Shown: positions 33,001 to 44,413 of the stretch, in pieces | How positions within the stretch are numbered: position 1 is the stretch's first letter | Layout of the letters: every line of letters begins with the position of its first letter | NCBI GenBank assembly: GCA_023920165.1 | Contig: CP089277.1 | Span: 2,294,001-2,358,000, forward strand | Length of the DNA stretch: 64,000 nt | From: Curvularia clavata | Lineage: Eukaryota | Direction of reading: 5' to 3' | The notes under the pieces: model-generated | Databases searched by the model: none | What the model was told of the DNA's origin: nothing | What the model saw: only the letters and a program-made list of their open reading frames with translations | Translations under genes and position numbers: made by a program

Positions 33001-34750
33001 CTAGAGTACGGCAAGTGAGCCAGCCTTGACTGCAACCCAGTGGCGGATTTTGAGAAACTTGCGCAAGAAATGTATAGTATTGTCGGTGCGGTCGAAAGGT
33101 TCGGATACTGCCGCCCTCATAGCATATAGCGAAAACAATCTCGCTGTCCAAGTGGCTGTCTGGGATTGGTCTTTTATCTTCAGACGTGCCAAGGTCCATG
33201 ATGCCGATGCACCTATGAGAGTTACCCATAGAAAGACACCAGAGAGATTAGGACCCCAGCAGTTACGTGTATTTGTTTTCTCAAGCGCGTTATGAAGAGC
33301 TGATAGTAATGTAACGCTCCCCGAGTCGGGCCTGTCCGCGGTTACATGTATAGCGCTCGCTGAGTTTGTAAGACTTGTTCCATGGACGATTGATTGGCAG
33401 TAGATTAATGCAGCAATGCGGCAGCTCTCGTAGATCCAGTCTGGAGTAATGTCGTTTTCGGTTGATGGCAGTGAAAGAAGGCGCGAGTAGATGACCTGAA
33501 GCTTAGAGTCGCAGTTGGCCAGCTGCCCACTCGAAATTTTGCGTCCATCACCACTGTAGCTCCAACGCGCTAGAAACAGATCCGTGCATGTCTGGATTTC
33601 TAGGATGATTCCGGCCGTTCCTACAGAACAGACATGGTAGAGATGCGCAGTTTGTTTGTTGGGAGGCGCGAGTGGCGAGATCGGAATGCCATTGCCGGGT
33701 GCTTGCTCGGCCGGAGACCATGGGGTGAATTCTGCTGCTTCGGGCTGATTTCTTGAGATGGTAGAAGTTAGCATTACCCTACTCAGGTCAGTCTGTGCGT
33801 CTTTTATGGATCAAAACACATACAAGGTCATGAACCTGGCAACATTCGAGCTGAGTCCCTCCCGCTGGCTCCTGAGGCAGGTTGCCAACCCATCCTGGTG
33901 TACACTGAGAACATCTTCGTCTATGCTGCCCATCTCACTGATGATTAGATGTAGTATGCAAACAATTGTGGCGTTTTCCGAGTCCAATCGATTGCTGATG
34001 AGTCTGAAAACCTTGGTTTTAGCGAATACAGTGAGACAACTGTCGTACTGCAAACCGTCGTCAATGTCTCGGTAGACTAAGGTTGTATAAACGTGGCTCA
34101 GAAACGAGAGATGGTTATCGCAAATATGTTGCATCCATGCTTGATCTATAGGAGTGAGCAACAGCCAGACATCCATGTATTGACTTACCATGGCAAAAAA
34201 AGACGGTAGTCCGGATCCATTCAAACTTCAGCTCATCCAGAGACTCGTCAAGAAACAAGTCATCTCTCGGAAATGGGTACTCTGAAGCTCCCTCGCAAGT
34301 TGGAGGTGCGCTACTAGTAGATGCCCGGTTTGCCGCCAATAAGATTCGTTCAGCCAGACTTCGCAAAGAATCGATGGGAGGGGGTGGCGAGTAAACATCA
34401 GAAGTATGCTGACTCAACGCAGATTTGAAGCTGCCGCTGGTCGCAGAGACAGGAGGTGTATCGGTCTGCAGAACACCAAAGCACTCAGCTGTAGCCGGGC
34501 TTGGGGTCCGTGTAATGGCCCTTGAGGCGCGGCTGCTTTCCCGGCTTCTATTTGTAATGGTAGGAGAGGACGCTCTACCCTCTTGATGCTTGTACATGAC
34601 GTGTGACCGTACATTCCGCAAGACTGCAGTGGCTCTAAAATCATCTGGATGCGTTGCAACGATGAACTGAAGAGCTGGACCTTGAGCAAGCGGTGAAAGG
34701 CGGTTTCGGCCAGCTCGTCGTTTTGAGGGGTTTGGGTCTTTAGATATCAT
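33001..34750 (-). CDS. Fungal TF-domain-like protein lacking a Zn cluster (Fungal_trans_2/DUF3468-like); exons 34750-34189, 34145-33824, 33778-33001
   Basis: N-terminal LQFIVATHPDDFR...VRSHVM motif, IYESCRIAALIY, CWG..LSGVFLWVTLIGAS. Two canonical introns (GTAAGT...TAG; GTATGT...TAG) join the three ORFs in frame. Confidence 0.75.
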
Positions 34751-37029
34751 ATTCAGAGTTAGATGCGTTTTTTTTTGCCTGCGGAAATGGCGTTCTCAGT
34801 CGGCCAGGTTAAGCGTAGCTGATAATGTTGGGCCTAGTGGGCACTTCTGGCAAGTGATAGAATGGAAGAGGATTCAAGGATGTAAGTAGTGACTGTTTAT
34901 GGGAGATGCAGGTACTATTCAGGACACTGTAACTCTTTTAGTCTATTCTGGTGTCAGGAGTCACAACCACGAGGAAAAGATAGCGGTGGACGGCTGACAG
35001 GGGCCGGGTTAGCTGCACCATTACAGCATTGGGGTAAAAGCATGTTGCTGAGGTCTCAACCCAAAAGAAACCCAGCAACGAGGATGATAAAATAGCAGAT
35101 GCAACAAATTTCGACCAGCTGTGGAAATGGATTGTGTGCTAAGATGTGCATTGGCGCGCGTCGGGCCCAGTCTCCCGGTGCAGCACACACTGAGTTGAAT
35201 AGAAGCAATAGCGACTGCAATCTGCTTTGGATAGCAGCGACGATGAATTCGTTTGTTCCGCTGAGTGTTTCTGTATGCGCTTGTTTGCCCTTGATGCTCA
35301 TCGCGGAGACGTGGGGGAGAAACCACTCTCCGCCTAGTGAGTGTGTGTGGATAGTCTACACAATATCATTCTCACCGATAACCGCCAAAAAAAAACGCCT
35401 CTAAGAGGGGTCCCGACAGTGCAGATGAGTGCCTATGTCCCTTGGTGACGCCAAGACGGGTTGTGGAAGGCCCTGTTTTGCTTCCTTTTCTTCAAATACA
35501 ATCAGTTCAGAAACAGGGTCTCGATGTGCCGAAAAGCGTTATTTCTGGTTCCAACTGGTCTACGACGCATCCATGCGATACTATACGGATCTCTTTCTTC
35601 AACTTCAATCACCAGAAAGCGAATGGATTGTGTGAAACAGCCAGTCTGATAGTGGCCAATAGGCCCATTTACCCAATTCAATCTTAGCGTGCAGTCACAA
35701 CCCGGTCACTGCACGTCAGCCACAGGCCCGCATATTGGGCAATGGCTCAACCTCTCCCTGTGAGATCGTCGCCGACCATCAAGCACGCCTCGAGTGTTCT
35801 TCTGCCCTATCGGCATCGGCAGCCGAGAGCGCGGGCTCGCAGCCAACCACGCATGGTGGCGTTCCCCTACGCAAATTATCAAAAACACCACAGGATGTCG
35901 TGCATGTGTGTATGGATGTGGCTAAACTGGTAGACATTCTCCTTTCAGCTGTATGTGTAACAGGAAGCGTACCTGGATGGGAACAATGGTTGGAAGGCTA
36001 TTTCTTGCATGCTCCACCAGCCACAGCTTAGGTTCAAGTAGCATGATGGGAGGATATACTAGGGTAAGCAATTTGAAGCTTGGTTCCAACGCTTGGGTCG
36101 AAGTTCAACAGGGAGAAGGCGCTGCTATAGCTGCAGTAGTGATAGTACTGGTAGTAGGAGTGTAAGAATCATGCCGGCCCGGAATGACCGTTTTGGTTGC
36201 TTCGGTCGGTAAGTAGCAAGCACTGCAACTCGGAAAAGAAAGCCTCTCCGAAAGAACCGGTGTCGAGTATTGCGCTGGCAGTTTGCGGTAAGAGGACCCG
36301 GCAGAACGGCAGGGCCCTGATCAAACGCCGATCACATATCAAAGTAGAAGTCTGATAAAAGTAATTTGTCTTGTGGTGACCTGAGTTCCAGATACCAAAG
36401 AGACATGAGTGCAGAATTGGGCGCGGTCGAGGCCCTTGGTTCTCCTTCTCAGCAGATGTGTTGTACTGTTCCTTTGGCTTCGTCGGTGAGCAATCGCCTA
36501 AGGGCCAGGAAATTTGGCAGCACCAAGACGAAACGCAGCTTTGCTTCTGGAGGCGAGCTTGCCACAATGTACCAAGGGAATTGCTGCATCCATGTCGATT
36601 AAGCAGTAGTTATCATACTTTGGTTACCGTTTATTGTGTGGTACTACTGTCGTTGCTAGCAATCGAGGGCAATGTGTGGCTAGACGACGCCAAGCAGTGT
36701 AGGGATCTGAAGTGGTGAGAGAACGGGGAAAACCACTGTGGTGGTGGTCGCGCCTACTCGAGATACATGCGGCCACTAGCAACGCCTCGCAGCACGCCAA
36801 GTCAAGGAAGGCGCAGTAGCATTTGAGGCATGCATGTTTCCGTAGAGGAAACGGAAGACCAAAAAGCATATTTAAATAAATCGCGACACGCATTAACCAA
36901 GGTAGCAACGGAGTCAAAGTATCGATGCATAAGTCTAAACCATGACTATCATACTGAATGAAATATAGCTAACAGAGCAGTGCACAACTAAAACTTATTA
37001 TGCTCGTGGAATCAAAAGCCTTCCCCTTT

Positions 37030-37046
37030 TCTCTCTCTCTCTCTCT
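37030..37046. repeat. (CT)n microsatellite in the 3' region of the PKA regulatory subunit gene
   Basis: TCTCTC run. Confidence 0.8.
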
Positions 37047-37179
37047 TTCTTTCTTCTCCATCACGGTGAGCAATGTTTAGTGACAGTAGGAAGCGTAGGA
37101 ATACATGGGAAAACGCCGAAGAGTGAGAGCACTGCGTCAAGGTACACGTGGGAGTTGTAGGTTTGGTGGCGGACGTTGT

Positions 37180-38568
37180 TTACGAAGCGTGCGAGAGGGG
37201 ATCTACGTGGTCGGCTTCAGAAACCGACTTGGTGGGGTCATTCCGCCGCATGATGCCTTCGACGGGCCCAAGCAGTCGCTGGAAGCCGTTCTTTCCAAGG
37301 GTCGCGACCTTAACCTCAGTCCTGCTGATAACCGAGGCAGCACGGGGCGCGTCGTTGAGCAAGGCGAGTTCACCAAAGTAGTCGCCCTTTTGATATTGAT
37401 TTACAGGGCCATCGATGCCACGCTTGAAGACTTGGGCCTCTCCAGACTCGAGCAAGAAGAAAGACTCGCCCACATCGCCTTCTTGGATAATGGTGGTGCC
37501 AGGCGGGTACTTTTTGGTTTCGAGGGCGTCGGCAATCTTGGAACGCTCATAAGGCGTCAGTGTCGACAGCAAGGGGACTTCCTCGAGGAAACCCTCGTAC
37601 ATGCGTCTGCGCTGGAAGGCACTGTCCATGAGAATGCGACGGAAGGTGATGCGGTCGAGTGCCCAGAGCGTCGATGGCTCGGTGGAAATGACAGTGGCGG
37701 CACGAGGGGCATTGTACATGAGAGCTAGTTCACCAAAGGAGCCTCCAGGGCCAACGGTACCCACCTTGTTTCCAGCACCCTCTGTGCCAGCTTCGAGCTT
37801 GCCCGAGCTGTTGACGTAGATGTCGAAAGAGCCCTTTTCTACCACGTAGAAGTAGTCTCCGACGTCGCCCTGCTGAATGACCTTTATGCCCTTTGTTGGT
37901 ATCGGCTTCTCGTGCAGTGCACCCAGGACCATTGCCGACTGGTCATCATCGAGGTGTGAGAAGAGAAAGTTGCCGGAGACTGCGGATTTGAGGCGCGACA
38001 GCTGCTCGGGCGTCTTGTGGTGGAAGGGCGGGGTGAAGTTGTCGGCAGTGCTCGAGGTGGGGTTGAGCGACTCGGCCGAGACAGAGGTACGCCTGTTGGT
38101 GTTGTAGTTGTTAGGGAAGGTCTGGCCCTCGCCGGCGAGCGGCGGCATCTGCGTGATGTTGTTCTTGGAGGAGCCGCCAAAGCCGCCAAAGTTGCCAAAG
38201 GCGCTCTCTGCGGGGGAGGCTTGATTGCGAGCGCGGGCAAAGTCGACGGCGGCAAAGGTGGAAGCTGTGGGCGATGTCATGATGTCGTTTTCCTCTTCTT
38301 CCTCAAGGCGGTGCATGGTGCTCTTTGCGAAGCCGGAGCCGATGCCGGGCGAGGTGCTGAAGGGGTTGCTGCCGGGGAACGAGTTCTCAGCACGGCCCTG
38401 GGGGCTCAGGTTGGGGTGGTGCTGCGACAGCAGGTACTCTGTGCGCTGCGACTCGAGGCGGCGGTTGAAGAAATTGGCACAGAACTGGAGGATATCTTGA
38501 GGTTTGTGCTTGAGGATTTCGCGGTCGAGGGTGGAGATTTCGTTGGAGTAGTCGGGAGGGAGGGACAT
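37180..38568 (-). CDS. pkaR: cAMP-dependent protein kinase regulatory subunit
   Basis: RIIa-like D/D domain (KPQDILQFCANFF), inhibitor site RRTSVSAE, two cNMP domains (FGELALMYNAPRAAT, FGELALLNDAPRAAS). Confidence 0.97.
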   Translation of the reverse strand: MSLPPDYSNEISTLDREILKHKPQDILQFCANFFNRRLESQRTEYLLSQHHPNLSPQGRAENSFPGSNPFSTSPGIGSGFAKSTMHRLEEEEENDIMTSPTASTFAAVDFARARNQASPAESAFGNFGGFGGSSKNNITQMPPLAGEGQTFPNNYNTNRRTSVSAESLNPTSSTADNFTPPFHHKTPEQLSRLKSAVSGNFLFSHLDDDQSAMVLGALHEKPIPTKGIKVIQQGDVGDYFYVVEKGSFDIYVNSSGKLEAGTEGAGNKVGTVGPGGSFGELALMYNAPRAATVISTEPSTLWALDRITFRRILMDSAFQRRRMYEGFLEEVPLLSTLTPYERSKIADALETKKYPPGTTIIQEGDVGESFFLLESGEAQVFKRGIDGPVNQYQKGDYFGELALLNDAPRAASVISRTEVKVATLGKNGFQRLLGPVEGIMRRNDPTKSVSEADHVDPLSHAS

Positions 38569-39140
38569 GGAGGGCGGTGGTGGTGATGAGGGGTCAAGCG
38601 CAGCTCTTTGACGTCGGTCGCGAGACGTGCAGGGATGGGGGGAACAGCAGCAGCAGCGGCAGAGAGGCGAGGATCCAAAGGCAACTTCAATGCGATGCGA
38701 GAGGTTGACGGAAGGGGCGAGGGGACGGCGGCGGCGGAGGGAGGCAGGCAGGCAGGCAAGCTTGGGCGACTAGTAGAGAAAGCAATTGTAGCTGGTAGGG
38801 GCAGGGCGTGGGCGTGGGCGTGAGGGCGCAGTGATGACGCGCTGCGTGGTAGGTACAGTAGTGTGGGCAGCAAGAGAGGGGACTGGGACTGGGACCGACG
38901 GCGACCAGCCAGCGACGGGAACGAGGATCACAGGCAGGGCACAGGGGGACACGACGGGGTGCTGTCTCTTCCAGAAGGCGTCTAGAAACCGCCCTGTTGT
39001 CTCGAGGCGCCCGCGGCGACGATTTAGGCGAGGCCTGAGTCAATGTCTGGAGCCTATTATCCATGCCGTCTGTTCTGGGCGGAGATGCAGAGGGAGTGCC
39101 AATCACGGGGCGCTACACGTCGAGGGGGATATGGGTACAT

Positions 39141-39164
39141 AGGGTAGGGTAGGGTAGGGTAGGG
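39141..39164 (+). repeat. (AGGGT)n pentamer repeat, G-quadruplex-forming motif, in a divergent promoter
   Basis: AGGGTAGGGTAGGGTAGGGTAGGG. Confidence 0.75.
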
Positions 39165-40406
39165 CAGGAAAGAGGATACACGAGTCTTGTTGTTGAGTGT
39201 CTCCCATTTCTGCGCCTGTAAATTAAACGCGCTCAGGCATGGCATCAGTATGGTTTGCGAAATTTTTGACGAGGCACTGCATCTAGTCTTGCACAATTCA
39301 CCACGACTGCCACTGCCAGTACCCCCATGACCGAGGCTACACTACCACAGCGAACCCATCCGAGCGCCTACACGTACAAGTACGACGGGAAACCCATCAA
39401 TGACAGATGCAGGGACGGAATGATTGCCCGACCCACCACTAGTCGACTCGTTCTGACAAGCCGTCCCCTCGTGTTTTAGAATTCACGCGAGACACGACCA
39501 CCTATCAAATGGACATGGGCAAGACTGGCGGTGAGCCCCATGGGTAGGGCGCAGGCGATGCGGTGAGGACAAGAGACATGAACTCTACAGACGACGTACA
39601 AAGACGTGTCGTGTGGTCGTCTGTTAGGCAAAGAAAATGCTGCAGCCGTATAGATAGATACATGTGTATAAGGCGCGCATGCATTCCCCAGCCAACAAAG
39701 CACAAGCACAAGGGCGATGACGCACTTGGATTCGTCACGTGCACGCATGCATGGATTAGGCAGGGGCACGTGAACGGCAGGAGCCAGGGGCTGCGCAGGA
39801 AAGAGCGGGAGGGGCCATGATGTAGCTTGCGCGCGCGCGGGCGGACGGGCGACCGACTGCAACAACTGCCACGCTGCCCTGCCCGCACCAATTGCGCGCG
39901 CTGCACAACTCAACAATGCATTCTGCGCGGCCAATCTCGCAATGGCCCGTCAGCTGCCAGGGTACGCGCCGTCTGTCGTCATATACGGCCATGTTCGCTG
40001 CTCCTGCTCCTGCGCGCAATCAACAGCAGCCTGCCAAGCAATGACGCCGCTAACCGCGCCGTCACTCCTCTTGCGCCTGCGACTGCAGCATCGCGCCCCG
40101 TTTCACCAGCCTCGCAACTCTCCCCCCAACAACTGCTCATTGTCTCGCTCCTATCCCCCCTCAATCCCACGTCTGCTCTCCAGACTCCGCCCCGTTGGCC
40201 TCCCCGCCCTGCTGCAAGCCTTCCTGCCCTAGATAGATTGTCCGAGCGCGCGCGCGGTCGCTTGAATTAGCTCCGCTTGAACCGAGCTCCTGATCCCGCC
40301 TTACCAACCTCCTCCAAAAACTACCCGCTCTTTGCCCTCTCCGACCCATCTCTCTCCTGACTACCACAATCCCACCTCGACAATCGCCTACACTATTCGC
40401 GCTGAC

Positions 40407-42965
40407 ATGGGCAAATACACTTTTACTTGGTTCGTTCGCTCCTTTTGCCGTGCCCCGCCCTGCATGTACAAATGCCCGCTAACGCGCACTTAGGGAGCAC
40501 GCCGCCAACGACGTCTACGTGACTGGCACCTTTGATGACTGGAGGAAGACAGTCAAGCTCGAGCAGGAGGGCGGCGTCTTCAAGAAGACGGTCGAGCTGC
40601 CCAAGGTCCACACCCAGTACAAGGTGCGCCCAACCCCGACCCGCAATCAGATAGGCTGCCGCCTGCAATCCCTCGCACAGACTTTGCTAACGCTATTCTT
40701 CAGTTCGTCGTCAACGGCAACTGGTGTACTAACGATACTGCGCGCACAGAGGACGACGGCCACGGCATCATCAACAATGTCCTCTATCCCGAAGACATTG
40801 TAGAAGACGAGCCCGTCAACACCCTTTCCTCTGCTGCCCCAGAGTCCACAACTGCTGCGCTAGCTGGCGCTGTGCCCAAGGAGAGTGACAAGAAAGAGGC
40901 GGATAGCTCTGCCCTACCCGGCGCCTTCCCTGAGACGCCTTACGGAGAGACACCTGGGGGTGAGGCTCAGACCTTCAACGTCGCCCCCATCCCCGCTACC
41001 TCGACCCTCGGCAACCCCATTAAGCTTGCGCCTGGTGAGCCCGTTCCCGACCCGAGCACTCTTACCGACAAGACTGTCGAATCTACTGTCAACCACGACG
41101 AGGAGCCCGAGAAGGAGGCGTCCACATTTGGTGTTGCGCCCATTCCAGCTACCGCCGGAGCTGGAAACCCAATTCACCTTGCGCCTGGCGAGAAGGTACC
41201 AGACGCCAGCACTATTACGTCCAACACGGTCGACAGCACTGTCAAGACCGACCCAGCTTCTTACGAAAAGGCCGATGCTCTCCCTCCTCTGGCATTCACT
41301 CCTCAGGCTGAGCGTGACGCCAAGGGCGGCATGTTTGGTATCCCTCCTATTTCCGGCAACATGATTCCCGAGTCTAGCCTGCCAATGGGTGTGGATGCTA
41401 AGACTGAGCAAGATACTGGTGTGACGATCCAGTCTGCTGCCCCCACAAGCACAACGGCCGAGCTCGCTGCCCAGGTTCCCAAGGAGCCTCACGGCGTCCC
41501 CGAGACCGTCACTGACAGCCAAAAAGAGGCGCACGTTGAGCCCGAGGCGGCTGCAAACCCTGAAGCGGTTCAGGAGAAGAAGGAAGTCGAGCAGGAGCTG
41601 AAGGAAACCGTACCGGAGGCGCCCGTCACAAGCCAAGACCCCACTCTGAGCGATAAGGCTCAGGCCGCCGTTGCCACAGCGGCTGCTGGTGCCACCGCCG
41701 GCGCAGGTCTTTTCGCTGCTGCCGTTTACTCCGCCAAGGACAAGGTTGCCGAAAGCACGGGTATGAACGGACCCAGCACAACCACCGCGGATGAGGTACC
41801 CGGCGTCGTGGCTGAGAGCCACAATGCCGCACATGCCGAGACTGAAGCAGCTGCTAACCCAGAAGCCGTTGCCGAAAAGTCTGCTGTGGAGCAAGAGCTC
41901 CTGAGTGAGGTGCCGAAGACTACTGAGGCTGGTGAGCCCGCTCCCGCTGTTGCAGTTCCCGCTGTCGTCTCCGAGAGCCAACAAGCAGCACATGTCAGCC
42001 CTGAGGCAGCTTCTAGCCCTGAGGCTGTCGCCGAGAAGAAGGCTGTGGAGTCCGAGCTCTTGAGCGAGGTCCCCAAGACTAATGAGGCCGGAGAGCCTGC
42101 ACCTTCAGTCAGCGCGGCCACTGCCGCCACTGCACCCAGCGCACTTTCAGAGACTGTATCTCCCGAGGTACCTGAGGTTGTCGCCGACAGCCAGCACGAG
42201 GCCCATGCTAGCCCTGAGGCGGCTGCCAACACTGAGGCTGTCACAGAAAAGGCAGCTGTAGAGTCTGAGCTGCTTAGCAAGCTCCCCAAGGCCGAGGAGG
42301 CGGGTGAGCCTGCGCCTGTGATTACTGCTGCCACCACTGCCACTGCTCCTGGCGCGAACACAGAGTCTGTCGCTCGTGACGTACCTGAGGTCGTCGCTGA
42401 GAGCCAGAAGGAGGCCCATGCCAGCCCCGAGGCTGCCAGCAACGCCGAGGCAGTTAGTGAGAAGAAGGCCGTGGAGAACGAGTTGCTCCAAGAGGTAAAG
42501 CCAACCAACGCTACCGGCGAGCCAGCTCCCAGTGCCGCTGAACCGAGCAGCAAAGACGCTGCTGGTCTCTCCGATGAGGCCCTTGTCGACTCCAAGCCAC
42601 TCCAGTCCTCCAGCGAGCCTCTCAGCGCACCTGCAACCGAATCAGCAAAAGCATCTGATGCTAAGCCCATCGACTCTACCACCAACGTCAACTTTGCCAA
42701 CAAGGAACCATCCTCGACCGAGCAAACACAGCCTGCTACCACTGCTGCTTCAACAGATGCCAAGCCCGAGGCAGCAGCCCCTGCATCGGCTGCCCAGCTG
42801 GCACCAGAGTCTCCTGCTAAGAACTTGAGGAAAGACTCGGACGTCTCTCCCAAGGGTACCCCAGGTAGCCAGAGCATTGCATCTGGTGCTGACGACAAGA
42901 AGAAGAAGCGTCGTTCCTTCTTCGGTAAGCTCAAAGACAAGCTCTCCAGCAAGGACAAGAACTAA
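40407..42965 (+). CDS. Crp1/Mdg1-like protein: N-terminal AMPK-type glycogen-binding (CBM48) domain plus long acidic repeat region; exons 40407-40429, 40494-40623, 40704-42965
   Basis: MGKYTFTWEHAANDVYVTGTFDDW...YKFVVNGNW after splicing; C-terminal KKKKRRSFFGKLKDKL; two canonical introns. Confidence 0.85.
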
Positions 42966-44413
42966 ATGGCTCGTCCATTCCGTTCCTTGTCTGCTCTCCG
43001 CGCTCGTCGTCTTACTCTGGCATGGCGACGGATCCAATCGTGCTAATACCCGGGGTTTTTGTACTGTTGAACTTTGTGTCATTCCCCTTTACCTCTCTTG
43101 TTCGTCTTTATGGAGTTTGTGCTTTTTATTTTTCTCTCTTGGTCTATACCATTTTCCTTGCTGTGTGTATGTGTGCGTGTGTGAAATGTCCCGTAGCAAA
43201 CAAATTTGTTACGTAATTTTTTGTCATAGGCATACATCTCTCTTCTCAGAGCTCTTTTTTCCAGAGGTTGCGAGGTAGATGGGAAGGAAGATGGGGGGGA
43301 CGGTTCTTAATAAACATGGAAGGGGGCTGGCTAATTGTACGTGTTTCGGCTTCTCTTGTCGCAATCTGGGAACATGTAGTAGTTAGCTCATGAAAATGGA
43401 CTTAATTCTCTAATGACGACGGGTGTTTTCTTTTTTTTTTGGTGATAGAGCTACGTGATGTTGTTGCTCATTTATGTATTCTTTAAACGACAATCATCTC
43501 TCCAAGGATGGTAGTTGCTACTGTGTGGAACTGTGCAAGAATAAAAGAATTCAATCAATTATGAATGATATTCTCCTCTCGCTCTCATCCTACCCTTGCC
43601 TACATCTCGCCCACTTCCCACATCAATCTTCTTGCTGTGCCTCTTCTATACTAATAATGGCCCAACAATGAATAATCAGGAGTCTCAGTTCTAAACATAT
43701 AATTGGAAAAAAAAAAAGGTACACAAAAAAAAAGAGAAATAGAAACGAAATTTGAAGAAAGAGAAAAGAGGAAAAAAAAGTAACCACATAGCTCTACGAA
43801 TGGCGTGTTATGTGATTAACCCTTCTCTGTACAAACGGTTCTGTACGGCACATAGGATGTCATATACAAACAGTCTAACCATATCTTTCTTACACACTTC
43901 CACAGGTTTTTTTCAAGACGCTGGGCCTTGCCATTTACCCAGCGGTACAGCTTTCGACCTTGAAACAGGTGGGTCAATCGGTACTGGTGAAGCCCTGGTC
44001 TTTTGATATATTCTTATATTTTTGTTTTGTTTTGTCTCTCGTGGACACATTTGGTGTGAATAAGTTTGAAAAGGTGTGTGTATATCAGGTGGAAGGGGAG
44101 AGGGGTGGTGTATTGAAGATAGGGGAAGTGATTTTATGGCTTGGGATGGATTGTTTCTTTTTTTTTTAAAGGGCAATAACACACTTTAAAAAAAACTGAG
44201 ATCTAATGATGATATCGGAATGCTTAAACACTTTGAAATGGACTTTGGGTAGTAAAAATCAGACTTGTTGTTCATTGTTCGCTATGCGTGCTAACTATAG
44301 GCAAATACATATCGGGAAAAAAAAATTATGTAGCAGAGTTTACGCCATATCCCATGCATATGTACATTACCACTTTTGGCTTTTTTTTTTCATGCTCATT
44401 CATTCAGTGCCCC

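Noticed and set aside
35000..37000. Many short overlapping ORFs
   Set aside because: No coding signal or consistent splice pattern; treated as intergenic.
37105..38586. Plus-strand ORFs over pkaR (and similarly 47984-48772 over RPC1)
   Set aside because: Antisense shadows of conserved genes.
40914..42958. Long minus-strand ORFs (359 and 410 aa)
   Set aside because: Antisense shadows of the biased, repetitive Crp1-like CDS.
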